Shown piece after piece: positions 11,301 to 23,660 of a stretch of 64,000 bases of DNA; positions within the stretch are counted from its first letter, which is position 1; every line of letters starts with the position of its first letter. The DNA lies in contig OZ374557.1 in NCBI GenBank assembly GCA_977862235.1, forward strand, positions 1,550,001 to 1,614,000, given 5' to 3'. Source of the DNA: Dudresnaya verticillata. Its lineage: Eukaryota. The translations under genes were made by a program, and so were the position numbers. A model generated the notes under the pieces. It worked only from the letters and a program-made list of their open reading frames with translations. It was not told the origin of the DNA and did no database searches.

Positions 11301-12834
11301 TGTTTCTCTGAAGCAGTGTCTTGATGTCGAAGTAGTTTGAATGTCCACATACATTTTTGTGGACTTTATCAATAATAGACTTCAAATGCCTCCATGACAG
11401 TGAGTTCGAATTTTCTGATGCTTCAGTAGCAGCACGCAAACTGGAGCAAACAACATTATCCTTTGCCGCCGTAAACCTTGAAAACGGCAAATAGTCCAGG
11501 AAGTCATGCTTCAATAGTGACACAGTGTCATATTGTCCGTTGCTTAACTCAGTAGGCAATTGGAGAAAACGGCCATCGATGTGTTGAATGTTGCAGTGGC
11601 TGGTAACATTTTTTCCAACAATCCATTGTGAGGACCCTTCAATAACAACATGTCGTACCTCTAAGACAGAACCAGAGTCACTTAACAAACGTAGAACAAC
11701 GGAACCAATAATTTTTCTAGTGCTGCTCGCATGAGAGCCTTGACCGTACTGCCAATAAGGTCTATCGGCAATTGATTCAGGAATCTGTTCGAGGCATTCG
11801 TCCCACGAACTTAGGACGAAGGGAGCAATTTTCCTTAGTTCAACAAGCCCAATGCCAGAGTAGGGTGCACCATCGTCAAGTAATGGGCCTGGAGCACGAA
11901 GTGGAGAGGCAGTAGCACTATGAATATTGACATTGTTGAATTTCAAGGTCTTTGTCTTACCCTTGTTATCACTTTCATTGTTCCCATTCGTGCCTTTCTG
12001 CGACATAGAACATTCAGCATCACCAGCCCAATGGCCTTTCTCCTTGCACGCACGGCATCTGGAGTTCTTCTTGAAAGCAGCAAGTTCGTCAGCTGTCATA
12101 TCCTTGAATGCCTTGCGTTTGACAGAGCGAGTTCTAAATGGGCGATGGGTAGCACTATTACCCGACAATGGGATAGTTTGTCGCAGAGAAAGCTCAGCAG
12201 GCTTGTCACATGCCCGCAAGATCGAAGGGACTTCTTCATATTTGATCTCATTTAACATTCCATGGATCTTGTTTTGACCGGGTCTCTGACGAATTTCAGA
12301 AGGTCTGGGGGCAGCAGCAGCTAGAATAGATACGCGCTGGTGAGATTCCACATTTGCATTTGCAAGCAACAGAAAGGAGGTAATTGATTCAGGCAGTCTT
12401 GCATCACCAGCTGCAGAATTGAATCTACTCAGCTTGGCATCAAACCGAGTCTCAAAGTTCTTAAATCCTTCAGAATCACCTCTCGTAGTCCCTAGCACAG
12501 ACATAAATTTCTGGAATACGTCATTGACCACTGCAAGAGGGTCGTCTTTGTGAAGAGCACGTGCTATTTCATTCGCGACATCATCCGACAGCAGTTTGTC
12601 TTCTGATATCTTCTTCACAATGTCTTGAGCACGCCCAAAAAGTTGAGCTTGCAACACAATCCCTTGAAGTCCTGGAGCAATCTTATTGCTGTTCGATTCC
12701 GGTAGCTTGTCATGGAACGATTTCCACAGCCGTACAGCACGTACAAACTCTTCTTGTGGACCACGACCGTCCGTCCAGGGAGCATCCTTGAGGGACCAAG
12801 AGAACTTGGGGCGAGATGGCAGATCTGGGCCCAT
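8343..12834 (-). pseudogene. gag-pol: Copia gag-pol polyprotein, disrupted
   Basis: Zn knuckle CRACKEKGHWAGDAEC; protease LLDDGAPYS; HHCC (H..H..CRSC); integrase IDHF, QGDP, LESKH; RT KARIAPHG, DIKSAFLQ, YGL, KVVDD; RNase H FSDA, EVMA, VDSK, ADPLTK. Stops near 10044, 9132 and 8526; frameshifts near 11140 and 10400. Confidence 0.93.
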
Positions 12835-12838
12835 AACT
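12825..12838 (-). promoter_or_regulatory. Copia primer-binding site complementary to the anticodon arm of initiator tRNA-Met (half-tRNA priming)
   Basis: Minus strand reads AGTTATGGGCCCAG directly after the LTR, against the Drosophila copia PBS GGTTATGGGCCCAG. Confidence 0.85.
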
Positions 12839-13229
12839 TGAAAATTGGGGGAAAAGGGTCTGCAGCATGCAGATCAGTAGTGAGAGGGAAAGCGTGGTAC
12901 TGCAGTTGAAGTGTCAAAGTAGTTTTGATTGAGGTAGTAGATGGATGCCTCAGAAAGCAGAGGAGTGTTTGTCGAGTCAATACTTATAGACTACAGTCCG
13001 CCACACAGAATCTATCGGACATGATAAAGTGATGAGTATCGTCATCAACGGTATAGTCGTTCTAGTAACAACTAAAATACAATCGTAACAGTAAACTAGC
13101 AACGACTACAGTGCAAAAGATATTCGTGCCATCTAAAACGATCACAAGTAGTTCTTCAAGCCATGAACGATTCCCAATACAGAAAGCATTTCCAAGCTGT
13201 TCAAGCTTGTAGCAACTCAAAGTTAGACA
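12839..13229 (-). repeat. Copia 5' LTR
   Basis: Matches 7931-8321 and abuts the PBS. Confidence 0.96.
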
Positions 13230-13314
13230 GTGGTTTGCCACACTCGGTGGGGGGTTCAAGTCGGGCCAGCGAGCCGCGTGGGGCCAAGTTGCATGCGTAG
13301 CATCACGGGCCATC

Positions 13315-13997
13315 TGTGGTGAAGTGAAAGTCACACCTGTAAAGTGTCAGACAATCCCAATAAGGAGTGATCTCACTATGGCACACTCACACGGCACCGG
13401 GGTGGTAGAGCTTAGTTCGTAGACCGAAGGGAGTACCTCGAGCGGCAACGCCTGTAAGTAGTAAAGGGAAGCAGGAGAAAAGGGGGACGGTACGGTGCCA
13501 GGGCAGCTACACCGGGACGGAGGTAAGAGGAATCGGTGCACGGGGCTGGCGAAGGGAAACCGTGAAGGAGTATGAGGGTAGGGCTTAGGGTAAGTCACTT
13601 TGCCCAGGGTTGCGTACCCGTTTACTGTATGACTCGCGTTGGCCACCTATTAATATACTGGGAGATACGCCCCGCGGTCCGGGCAGTGTGGGTCAGACCC
13701 CAATGGGTCTGGTCCACCAGGTGGGTCCGGCCGTACTGGTCCCGGTCACCGTTGCGGACATGCTCGGCATTCTCATTGGCCGGCTGACACTACGTACTGT
13801 ACAGCATCATTACAATTACCTAATTACAAATAAATAAACTACTTGGCTCCAATTGGTGGTGCGCACAGACTCCAGCGAGGCGTACAGTGCTGCTGTGTCG
13901 CTGCACTCCCGTTCGGTGTTTGGTGCCAGCTCACCGGTGCGCTGGTCGCGAGTCGGCTCAACCGTCGTCGGCACTCCACAACGGCCACTTCACCACA
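13315..13997 (-). repeat. Element A 3' LTR
   Basis: TGTGGTGAAGTG...CACTTCACCACA ends. Matches 35824-36498. Confidence 0.95.
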
Positions 13998-14004
13998 GAC
14001 CCCC

Positions 14005-14768
14005 TGTAGTATCTCTAAAGCACCACCGCATACGGCAGCCAAACCAGATCTCAAGAAGACCACAAAGACCTGACGGATTTCACCAAAAACTGGCCAGAAC
14101 GTAGAAGGGACCTGCGCGCCGGTAGGAATCGTGGTAGAGCGGGAGCGCGCAGACGAAGTCGTGACCAGAATCTGTGATGAGGACAGAAAATGGCCAAGTC
14201 GGGGGTTCAGTTGCTAACTTTACTCCCAACCTCTGGCGGGGTGGCTTCGTACCCTTTTCGGCTAAGCCGTGGTATGTGGCCAGCTAAGTAGTCCCAAAAT
14301 CGCCCATCTGAGCTAATCTAGAGCTGTTCTACAGTTAGTGGCCCAATTTACTCCTGTCGGCCATAATATCTACTTGTGTTCCGGCGTCGGGCCAATGTAA
14401 GGCCCTTGCGAGACTAAACCAAGTACTTTTGCGTTAATGGTTGGCCCTGCGAGTTAGATTTTCACTTGATTTTTCCACTGTCTTCGCTTTGATTCACCGT
14501 GCGGCCAAATCCAATTTCAATTTGTGTCTGGCCGCAAATCGGATCATGCGTGTACAACGGGCCACGTGGTGCGCTTCGGTGTCGTAGGTGGCCACGTGTG
14601 AGCCACGTGTACAATCGGTGGCCACGTTTCATTCTTGCGCGCGCTCGCTGCTGTCCGCGCGCCGACGTCACAACTTCATTGGCCCAGTGTCTTCGTTTGG
14701 TTGGGCCGATCGTACAGTTGGACCGTCGAGTTGCTTCCTTACGGTGGCCCCCTTGCTGTTGCACCACA
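14005..14768 (-). repeat. Element B 3' LTR
   Basis: TGTAGT...CACCACA ends. Matches 26441-27203. Contains clustered GCCACGT(G) G-box-like sites at ~14560-14630. Confidence 0.95.
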
Positions 14769-14980
14769 GAGACCCTTCGCAAGCGCGGACTCCTGGCCGC
14801 GTGGGTGTCATCTGGCCATATCAGCGCGCGTGATCCGCGCCGCTACCCCTCTCCCTGCACCCGGTCATCACCATCTTGTTCACACCGACCGTTTTCCCTT
14901 ACCGACACTTGCCAACAACATCGTGCGGACGTCCTTGCTTCGCTTTCCAACTTGCGCGCGCCTGGCCATCTCCTTTCCCC

Positions 14981-17900
14981 ATGGCAGGTGGTCCAGCGAA
15001 AACACGCCCGCGACACACAGTGTCGGCCAAGAAGAAGACCACGCGGCTGCATTCGTCATCCAGTTCGTCGTCCACACCGCCGTCGAGCGATGAAGAAGTT
15101 GGCGTGGCCAAAGTGAAGGCGATGCCGAAGAAGTCTGGCCAGAGTTCGAGGCCGCGCGCGATGAAGGCGCCCAGGGCGTCTTCTGTCCCAGCACCCAAGA
15201 CACCAAGTCGCGCATCTAACGATCCGCTGGCTGCTGTGAAGACCACCGCGGTGGAGGAGCCCATGAAGACTGGCCAGGAGAAGAGTGTCGCTGCGTCTGC
15301 AACTCCGGCCATAGTGCAAGCTACGCCCGACGTGGGCACCTACAAGTTGATGCAGGAGATTGCGGCCAGTCAAAAGAGGCACGAGCCTGAGGAGCAGCAA
15401 CTAGCCAGCCTCAAGAAGAAGCTTGTCGATACACAGAAGGCCAAGTTGGCGCGCAGCGTGACCATTGTCGCATCCTGCTCATCGGAGGAGGCAGCGGCGG
15501 CAATACGCCAACTTGGAGGGGCAATCCGAATGCATCTTCTGTCGTCGGCCCGTTTGCAAAAGAGACGCCGAAAGCTGGCCAGAAGGTAGCAGAAGCGCCT
15601 GAGAAAGGGTTGGTGCAGGCCGAAGTGAAGCGCCTTGAGGCGAAGAATTTGGTGCCGGTCGCAAGCACTACAGTGCCAACGGCCGTTAATCCTACTCCAT
15701 CGCCGTTAGCCACCGCTATTGAGAAGGCTGTGATTGCAATCTCACGTCCGTTGGTTACTCAAGCCACCACTGCGGCCGCGGAAGAAGTAACTGCGGCTCA
15801 ACCCGATTCCGACTCGGCCATGGTATTCGTGCCCGCTCGAGAAGAACCACTGGCCAGTAACGAAGAGTCGCTTGGAAAGGCTGAGAAGACTGGACCATAG
15901 CTAAAAGAAGGAGATAAGTCAGTGCAGAAGACTTCGGAAGCTTTGGCCAATATTCCCGTGCCGCGTAAGACATCGCATTCAGCTACGCCGAGTGCTTCAA
16001 GAAAGTCTACCCCGCGGCTGCGCTCTGTCCCTTCGCCATTCATGCCGACAGCAGCGAGCCGGGCGCGTCAACTGGCCAAGCTAAATATTGGGAAGGCAGC
16101 AGTGCAAGGTCCCCCTGCAAAGCAGCAGCGGTTGCCAAGCAAGGAAATCGGCCAGTCGTCTCGAGCAGACGTTATCGATTTTGATGCCTCTACACCTATT
16201 CCTCCGGCCAACCCTATGTCCGGTGGCGATCGGCGACAGTTTTTGGCTTTGCTTCGCGACGCCGATGATCTTAAAGCTGGCCCGTCTTCTTCTACGCCTT
16301 CTGCAGGCTTGCCGCCCAAGTCATCTGGCCTGAGTGAAGATCCTCGCGTGAAGGAAGTTATCCCGCGCGAAGAGACTTTGGATATCACCAAGGCTGGCCA
16401 GGAGATCCCAAGCTCAAGTGCTGGCCCTTCTGTTCCTACGCATCCGGACCGTGAGCCAGCTTCGCACACTCGTGCTGCTGTGTCTTTCCGTCCCGACCTC
16501 CCACCGGGCCTAGAAGATCAGGATAGCCCCGAGTTGGTTTTGGACGAACGTTTGCCTGGGACTTCTATCTGGCCAAAGTTACCTCGAGTGGATATACCTT
16601 ACACCGAGTGGTGGCCGATAGTGACAAGCTGGACATGATTCGCGTACGGGAAAGCCATTGCCCTCTCAACGAGTCGTGGCACCAATATCGCGAGTCGCAT
16701 GAAAATGGCCATCTCTTTGGATCCCTTCGGAGATCGAGTGCGACCGTGCTTTCTTGCTGTGCGCGCGGGATGTGATGTTCGTCCACGGAGCTTGTTTGAT
16801 GTTCAATGGAAATTCCAGTGTGTACCCTCATACTTCCACATGGTATTACGCCTTCCCTCACTCGTGGATGCTTGAGCGCTGGGAGCAGACGACCGTGCGA
16901 AACGCGAAAATGGCCAGTACAGACCTTCGTCGCATCATAGCGCCGGGAGATTGGTTGGCCCATCGCACGGGTGGTAGCTATGTCTGCCACGGCAACACTC
17001 GCGGCCAGGAAGGGTTTTGGCCCCCTGTCGAATACTTCCCCAGCGTTCCCGCTTTTCTGTGGAAGGAGTGGCTATCGAGAGGTGAAGCTTGCCTACTTAG
17101 CCCTCTGGCCTATTATTTTCTTGGCCAGTATCGTCGTCACGCGTTCGACCCCACTTGGTTTGAGTGCTTCCAGGAAACCGCTGTCGTTGAGTTACACGAA
17201 TGGCCAGCATCTTCTTTCGCTACGAAGCGCAGGCGTCGAAGAGGATGTGGTGGATGTCTTCCCAGGCCATTGCTCGACGAATTGAAGTTGTGAAAGACCT
17301 TACTTATGTCCCCGTCAGCCAGGAGCACAAGCATCAATTCAACCATGTGTATTGGCCAGATATTGTCTCGTTGTATGAGAAGTTGGCCGATACAGTGTTG
17401 CACCGTGACCATTTGTTTCAACGCAGAGCTGGCCACGATGAGAAGTATTGCGGCTTCGACTGGAACAAGCATGTGACTTTTCGGCATGGTAGTAGCTTTG
17501 GAGTTGAAGTGGCCAATAACGCTTCCATCGTGCGGGCCAGCATCCTGCATCCTCATCCGCATGTGGTGGCCGAACGTTCCGTGCGCGGCCATGTTAACCA
17601 AATGTCTTTGGCCAACATCTTGCGGCAGCTGAACCAGAACATTGGCCGTCTCAGCGACATGAAGCGTCGCCAGACTGTCGAGCTCAACCGCCTTCGTCAT
17701 CATGTTGATGACGTTGATCATGCGTTGATCATGTTGATGACGTTGAAGGAGTTATCCGGCGGGGCGAAGAGCGATTGGCCAATGTTAGGAGTCAAAAGGA
17801 TCATATCGAGGCTGAGCTGCGAAACGCGAAGGAGTCACTGGCCAGATGCAATGAACAAGGTCTGGAGTGGAAGAGGCAGCGCGACCACTGGTGCGATGAA

Positions 17901-18400
17901 GCTCATAACCAACAGGCCTTACTTGACTTGGAGCGCAACCGTGGATTTCATCAGCTGGCCAGTTTGCGTGCAGCTTATGCACCGCCGGTCTTTGGCCAGA
18001 TGCCTCAGTTTCCTCTGCCCTCCCTGCCAACGCCTGCGCCGCCTCCAACCGTGCCACAATATCCTGGGGTCTCAGTGGCACCGGCCACAACCTCCACGTC
18101 GTCTCATGCTGGTGACATCTCTGGCCATCCGCGCGCGCCGTCTCGACCGGCCGATTATCAGCCAGAGCCAATCCGTCCGGTGGTGTTGGCTCCGCCTACT
18201 CCTGTGGCCAATGTTGTTCAACCTGGCCTTGTTCCTGTTAGTTTGGCTCTGCCGATCACTTTGCCCTTCGTGACGCCGCCAACCGTTCCTGCGACGGCCC
18301 ACGTGCTCCTACGAAAGCGCCTCGCGCACCTTCACAGTCAAGGAGCAGAGAGCCCAATTCTTCGGGTTCTCCTCGCTCACCAAGTCCCTATGGCCGTTAG
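14981..18400 (+). pseudogene. Antisense extra ORF of element B (~1100 codons, unknown function, frameshifted)
   Basis: Chain of abutting + strand ORFs (14876-15589, 15610-15900, 15922-16638, 16754-17293, 17200-18273, 17775-18593). They join into a basic/disordered N-terminus, a W/H/Y-rich globular region, a coiled coil and a Pro-rich C-terminus. End is approximate. Confidence 0.8.
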
Positions 18401-19222
18401 TTTTCAAGGTATTGGATTAGTAGTTGGCCAGTTCGTCTTGTTATCTTCTGCTGTCCAATGCGTTGTTGTTAGTCTTGTGATTTCTTGTGTCTTGTGTTTG
18501 TGTTATCAAAAGTTGGTGGCCAAGTTCGTGCTTCTAAGATTGGACAGCCCCCCTTGTGTTTGGGGGATATTTAGTCTGTCCGGCCATTCTTGAGTTAAAA
18601 TGCACTGGTTGCCTTCAAACATTTTGTGTGTTATCGTGGCCAGTTACCAGTCAAGTGGGGCCGTATGGCCTCTGTTCGTCCGGGTCAGTAGGTCTTGCTT
18701 CTGGCCAATGCTCATGAGCACAGATTCTTCAAGTCACCAAAGGAGGAGTAACGGCCAGCTATTGTCTTTGTCTCATCGACTTCAAGCACCCCATCTGGCC
18801 ATGTTTTTTCTCTGGCCAATTTCCTTCTTGTTGTCAGTAGGGGGTTATCGTTGTCACCCCTGTCTCCTCACTCTGCGCAAGTCCCCGCTTCGGCGCACGA
18901 CGCGTGGGAATTAGAGTTACCTGGAGGAGGCAGCAAAAGATGAGACAGTTTCTACCATCTGTTTACACCCGCTGAATTTCGGCGTACACCGGGAGATTTG
19001 CTGGCCGCAATTTTTCTCACACAATGATTGGCCAGCTTACATTATTCTGGGTTAACCCTAAACACCGCCGTCGGGTTTTTGGTGAAGAGGTTCCAGCCGG
19101 GGTATTTTGTCACTCAGCATCTCCTTCCTTCGTCCACGACCGCCCCGCATCTCCGTCTTCACACGTTTTTGGCCAGACTCCGACTCCTCTCGCTTGACTC
19201 CCTGGCCATGTAGAGGTTGACC

Positions 19223-22200
19223 TTACGAACTGTTTTGGCCCGGCGTAGCTCGGCGCTTCATGCGCGCGAAGAAGCGGGATACCAACGTGGCCGGCAGAAG
19301 AGCCTCGGGCTCCCAAGTTCGGCCATAATACCCATACCAGTTGACCTGAAACCACCGCTGGCCAGTAGAATCCTCACGCATATCCGTGAGTTTGTCAATG
19401 ACATATTCCTCGGCCGTCGCAGCAACTCCTTCTGGAAGGGTTCCCAAAGCGGCGCTGGTCATTGTCTCCGTAGCCATCGGTTGCCCTTGTGGCCTCTGCG
19501 CGGCTACTACTCGGTCCGAACTAACACGCTCCAGTTGGCCAGCCCTGTCTATGACGAACGTACGGCCATCATTGCTTATAATTTTGTATGGCCCCTGGGC
19601 ATGATGCTCTAGTTTCTTTGGCTGCTTTTCTGGGTTGCCTAGGAAGACAAAACCCCCTGCGGCCAGCCTCTTATTCCCCGTCCTGACCGAGCGGTCAAAG
19701 TCCCTCTTGTAGCGCGCCTGTGTGCGGGTTAAACTGGCCGAAGCCTTGTCTACGGCCTCTGATAATCGGCGTAAAAATGCCTCTTTCACCGTCCCAGTTG
19801 GTTTTGGCCGGTTTAACGTAGCTTCAAGTGAAAATGGGCTCGGGGCCGACTGAGAACCAAGTCAAACGGTGTGGTTCCAGTGGAGCGATGTATATGGCAA
19901 TTATAAGCATACGTCAATGCCGCAGCGTACTCATCCCAGTCATTCTGATGTTCATTCACGTAGCTCCTCAGCATTGCGGCCAATGTTCGATTGTACCTTT
20001 CCACGTGGCCATTCTTTTGTGGATGATATGTCGTTGTGAAGATGTTGGCCACCTGTAATTGTCGGCAGACTGCCTGGAAGAACTTGGCCGCAAAATGTCC
20101 ACCGTTGTCGGTAAGAACTGTCTTTAGCGCGCCGTACTTGAAAATCCAGTGAACGCAAAACGCCGTGGCCACATTATAGGCGGTTATCTTCGTCAAAGGC
20201 ACCACCTGAGTCAGCTTCGAGAAGCGGCATGTAATGCCTAATATGTGCTCGAACCCCTTCTTAGTTCTGGGGGGCGGCCCAAGAAGATCCATGGCCACAC
20301 TCTCTAATGGTTGACTGGCCGGGAAGAGCTGTAACTTCGATGTATGTCGGAGACGACGAATCCGGTTTTTGGCGCAATGGCCACAGTTTCGAACCGTTGC
20401 CAGGCAATCAGCGGCCATGTGCGGCCAATAGTATGTCCGTCGAAGAGTCTGATACATTACATTCTGGCCGGAGTGACCTGGCAGAACGGTATGGTGACAC
20501 AACCGAAGAATCCGGCCATGTAGCAAGGCTGGAAGCACTATTTGTTTCTGGCCATCTGTCGGACATCGTCTGTAGAGGACCCCATCGACCCCTTCGAAGA
20601 AGAGATGTTTCTTGGATCGTCCCAGGCCAGCTCGCGTGGCGAGAATTGTCTGACAGAAGTCATCGCTTTTCTGGCCTTCTATTATTTCAGTCTGTGTCAC
20701 TGGCGTGGGGAGAGTCTCTGCTGTCTCTCCTTCCATTTGTGCACGACTGAAGACTTCCGCCCGGCCCTAGTCCGTATAATAGGCCATCAAGTGTTCCTCT
20801 TCCCGTGCGTCGACTCCATCGACTTGTTCTCTCCTGCCGGCCATATTAATTACTCGATTTATCCGGGCACGCGTGGTCGTGAGAATAGAGGGGGTACCGT
20901 CCAATACAGGTACAGTATCATCTATAGGCCGTGCATCTCCGCTCTCTTGCGGGCCCACCAAGCGGGACAAGGCGTCGGGGATTTGGTTATTGCGCCCTGG
21001 TTTATACTCAATCACAAAGTCGAACTCGGCCAAACGTAATCTCCATCTTGTAAGACAGCCAGACGAATCAGTGAGCGACATCAACCAAAGGAGGGAATCA
21101 TGGTCCGTGCGTACTGTGAACTTCGTACCTTCAACATATGGCTGTAATGATGTAATGGCCCACACCACAGACAGACACTCGCGCTCAGTGGCCGAATACT
21201 TTTTCTCGGCCGACGTCAGGGAACGATACCGATATCCCACGGGATAGTACGACTTGTCCTCTTGTTCTTGGAGCAGGACGCATTCAATCTGATATGCGCT
21301 GGTATCAGTTTCAATCACATATGGCCGTCCATATCGCGGTAAGGCCAGAATCGGTGGCGAGACCAGAGCAGCCTTCAGTTTCTCGAAGCTATGGCTTTTT
21401 TACTCTGTTGGCCGTTCGAAGTCCGGCTCGGCGTCCTCGCACAACATGCGCGTAAGTGGCCGTGCAATCGTGGAGTATTTAGCCACAAACCTTTGGTAGA
21501 TATTGCAAGCTCCCAAGAAGGAACGAAGTTCCGTAAGGGATCCTGAAAACGCGCCCTCTTTTATTTCCTTGGTACCCTGCATGGCCATACTTAGTTTTCC
21601 GGGAGTCACTACATGACCCAGATAATCCACTTTGGCCTGAAAGAAGGAACACTTCTTCAACTTCAACGTAATACCGGCCGCCTTCAACAAGGTTAGCACC
21701 TCGTCTAGATGGCCAAGATGATCCTCCACACTTTTGGAGAACACGATGACATCGTCCAGATAGATGAGGCATATCTGCCATCGGACGCCAGAGAGAACTA
21801 TGTCAAGCGCGCGCTGAAATGTGGCCGGTGCGTTCTTGAAGCCAAATGGCATTCGATTGTACCTGAATGTTCCCAAGTGAGAGGTGAAGGCCGTCTTATC
21901 CTTGTCCTCTTCGGCCACTGGTATTTGCCAATATCCGGAGTTGCAGTCCAAGGTTGAAAACACGGCCGCATCCCCAAGTGATTCTATACAATCATCCATG
22001 CGCGGGAGTGGATATGCGTCACCAACTGTCTTCGCATTGAGTCGGCGGTACTCGACGCAGAAACGAACGGTGCCGTCCTTTTTCGGTACCATCACAATTG
22101 GCGAGGCCCATTCTCCGTGCGATGGCTATATCACTCCGGCCTACAACTGCTTCCTAACGTCGGCCTCTGCGATCGCGCGTAGCGCTGGTCCCTGTCGGTA

Positions 22201-23660
22201 GGGTATCGCTCTTATTGGCCGGGTTACATCTTCGAAGTCTATCCGATGTTCGGTGGCCATGATCTGTCCCAGGGAACCGTCCCACATTGCACTGTGTTTC
22301 TCTAGAATGGCCATTATCTTTTCGCGTTGTTTCTTGTCCGGGATATGATCAAGCTTGATCTTATCCCGCCATTCTTCCGCCTCTTGTGTGGGTACCTTCG
22401 GTTCCGAAGGCTTACCTCTTTCCTGGCCAGATTCTTCTACTTCTACTTGACCACTATCCTGATCCACAAGTGGAGTGAGCCCAAGTACACTGGCCATACT
22501 CTCCACACTCCGTCGGTGTGGCGTCAGGATTTCCATGGGGTGGCGGACAGCATAGCCGCCCACGGTACCCTTTGGCAGTAAGACACCCTTTCTTCCCCAG
22601 TTGGCCATCATTTCCTGGAATGGTTTCTGCGGTCGAACGTCGGCAAATCCATTGGCCATCCGCGTATGGTGCCGGAAGCTCAAAGAATGTTTGGGCTCCA
22701 ACACGCATAAACCTCGGCCATCACTGCGAACAGACACGGTAGCCTGTTGACCTGCCCGTATGGTCAGACCTTTCGTCAAGCTTACAGTTTCTGCGTAGTG
22801 ACGCGGGGTCTTGCGTTCCACACTGGCCGAATTGGAATTCCCCTGCGCCGGCCCCCTTCGCAGCGGTTGGCGCTGCCCCCAGAGCCCTCGAGGTGCTGTC
22901 GGGTAAGAAGGGAAGGACGTCACCGCGCACTAACTGCACGATCTGTCCACGGCACTGGATACTATCCACGTGCGTGTTCAGAAATTCCGTACCCAACAAG
23001 ACGGGTACGGCAAAGCGAAGGTCGGCGATAAGGAACGGCACTCGATATGAATGACGGCCTAAGCGCATGACCAAGGAAACGGCCCCTCGAAAATGAATCG
23101 GCCGTTGGTTGGCATCCACCGGAAGAGGTGGGCACGTCAATGTGAGTGCGTTGTCCTTCCCATTGGGAGGCAACGCATCCAACCGTATGATGTTCCACCC
23201 CGAGCATGTGTCCAATGCAACTGGCCCGGGTAACAAGGCAGACATTGTGAGGCCAAATGAACCCGAGAGGGTATAGTTGGCCCCACCCAGGATGCAGACC
23301 ATACCTTGTGATGAAACACTGGCCAGCTGGGAATCTTCTTTCGGTTCTTCGTTCGATGATTTGCGACCACTCGTTGGCAAAGACCCCCCATCTTTTGTGG
23401 TGGGGGTGGATGATGATGATGTAGTGTGGCCAGACCCCCAGGGCTGTGACCGCACCAGACCGTTAGATGAAAATGGGCAGTGGTAGGTCAAATCATGGGT
23501 TGACCAAACCTGGATTGGCGTTGCCAAACGCCATGCAATGGCTAACAAAGAAGAAAAATGGAGATAACTAACAGGAAACAACTTAACTGAAACGAGACTA
23601 GCCGGTTTTGGGACGTGTACGGGCAACGGGATCACGACCGAAGATCTCGGCCCGACTAGT
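19223..23660 (-). pseudogene. pol: Element B pol (PR, dUTPase-like domain, RT, RNase H, integrase, chromodomain)
   Basis: LDTCSG, PKKDGTVRFCVEYRRLN, YLDD, ECLSVVW, HSG, CGHC, MDLLGP, TDNG, ERYNR, GPY and chromodomain motifs. Several stops. Confidence 0.94.

Larger units (their letters stand above)
7931..13229 (-). mobile_element. Full-length Ty1/Copia LTR retrotransposon, recent insertion
   Basis: 391-bp LTRs differing at 2 positions, TG..CA ends, flanking duplication GTGGTT, PBS, PPT, and gag-PR-IN-RT-RH order. Confidence 0.97.

Noticed and set aside
14981..18400. env gene
   Set aside because: Antisense orientation and no signal peptide, furin-site/fusion-peptide pair or TM anchor seen.
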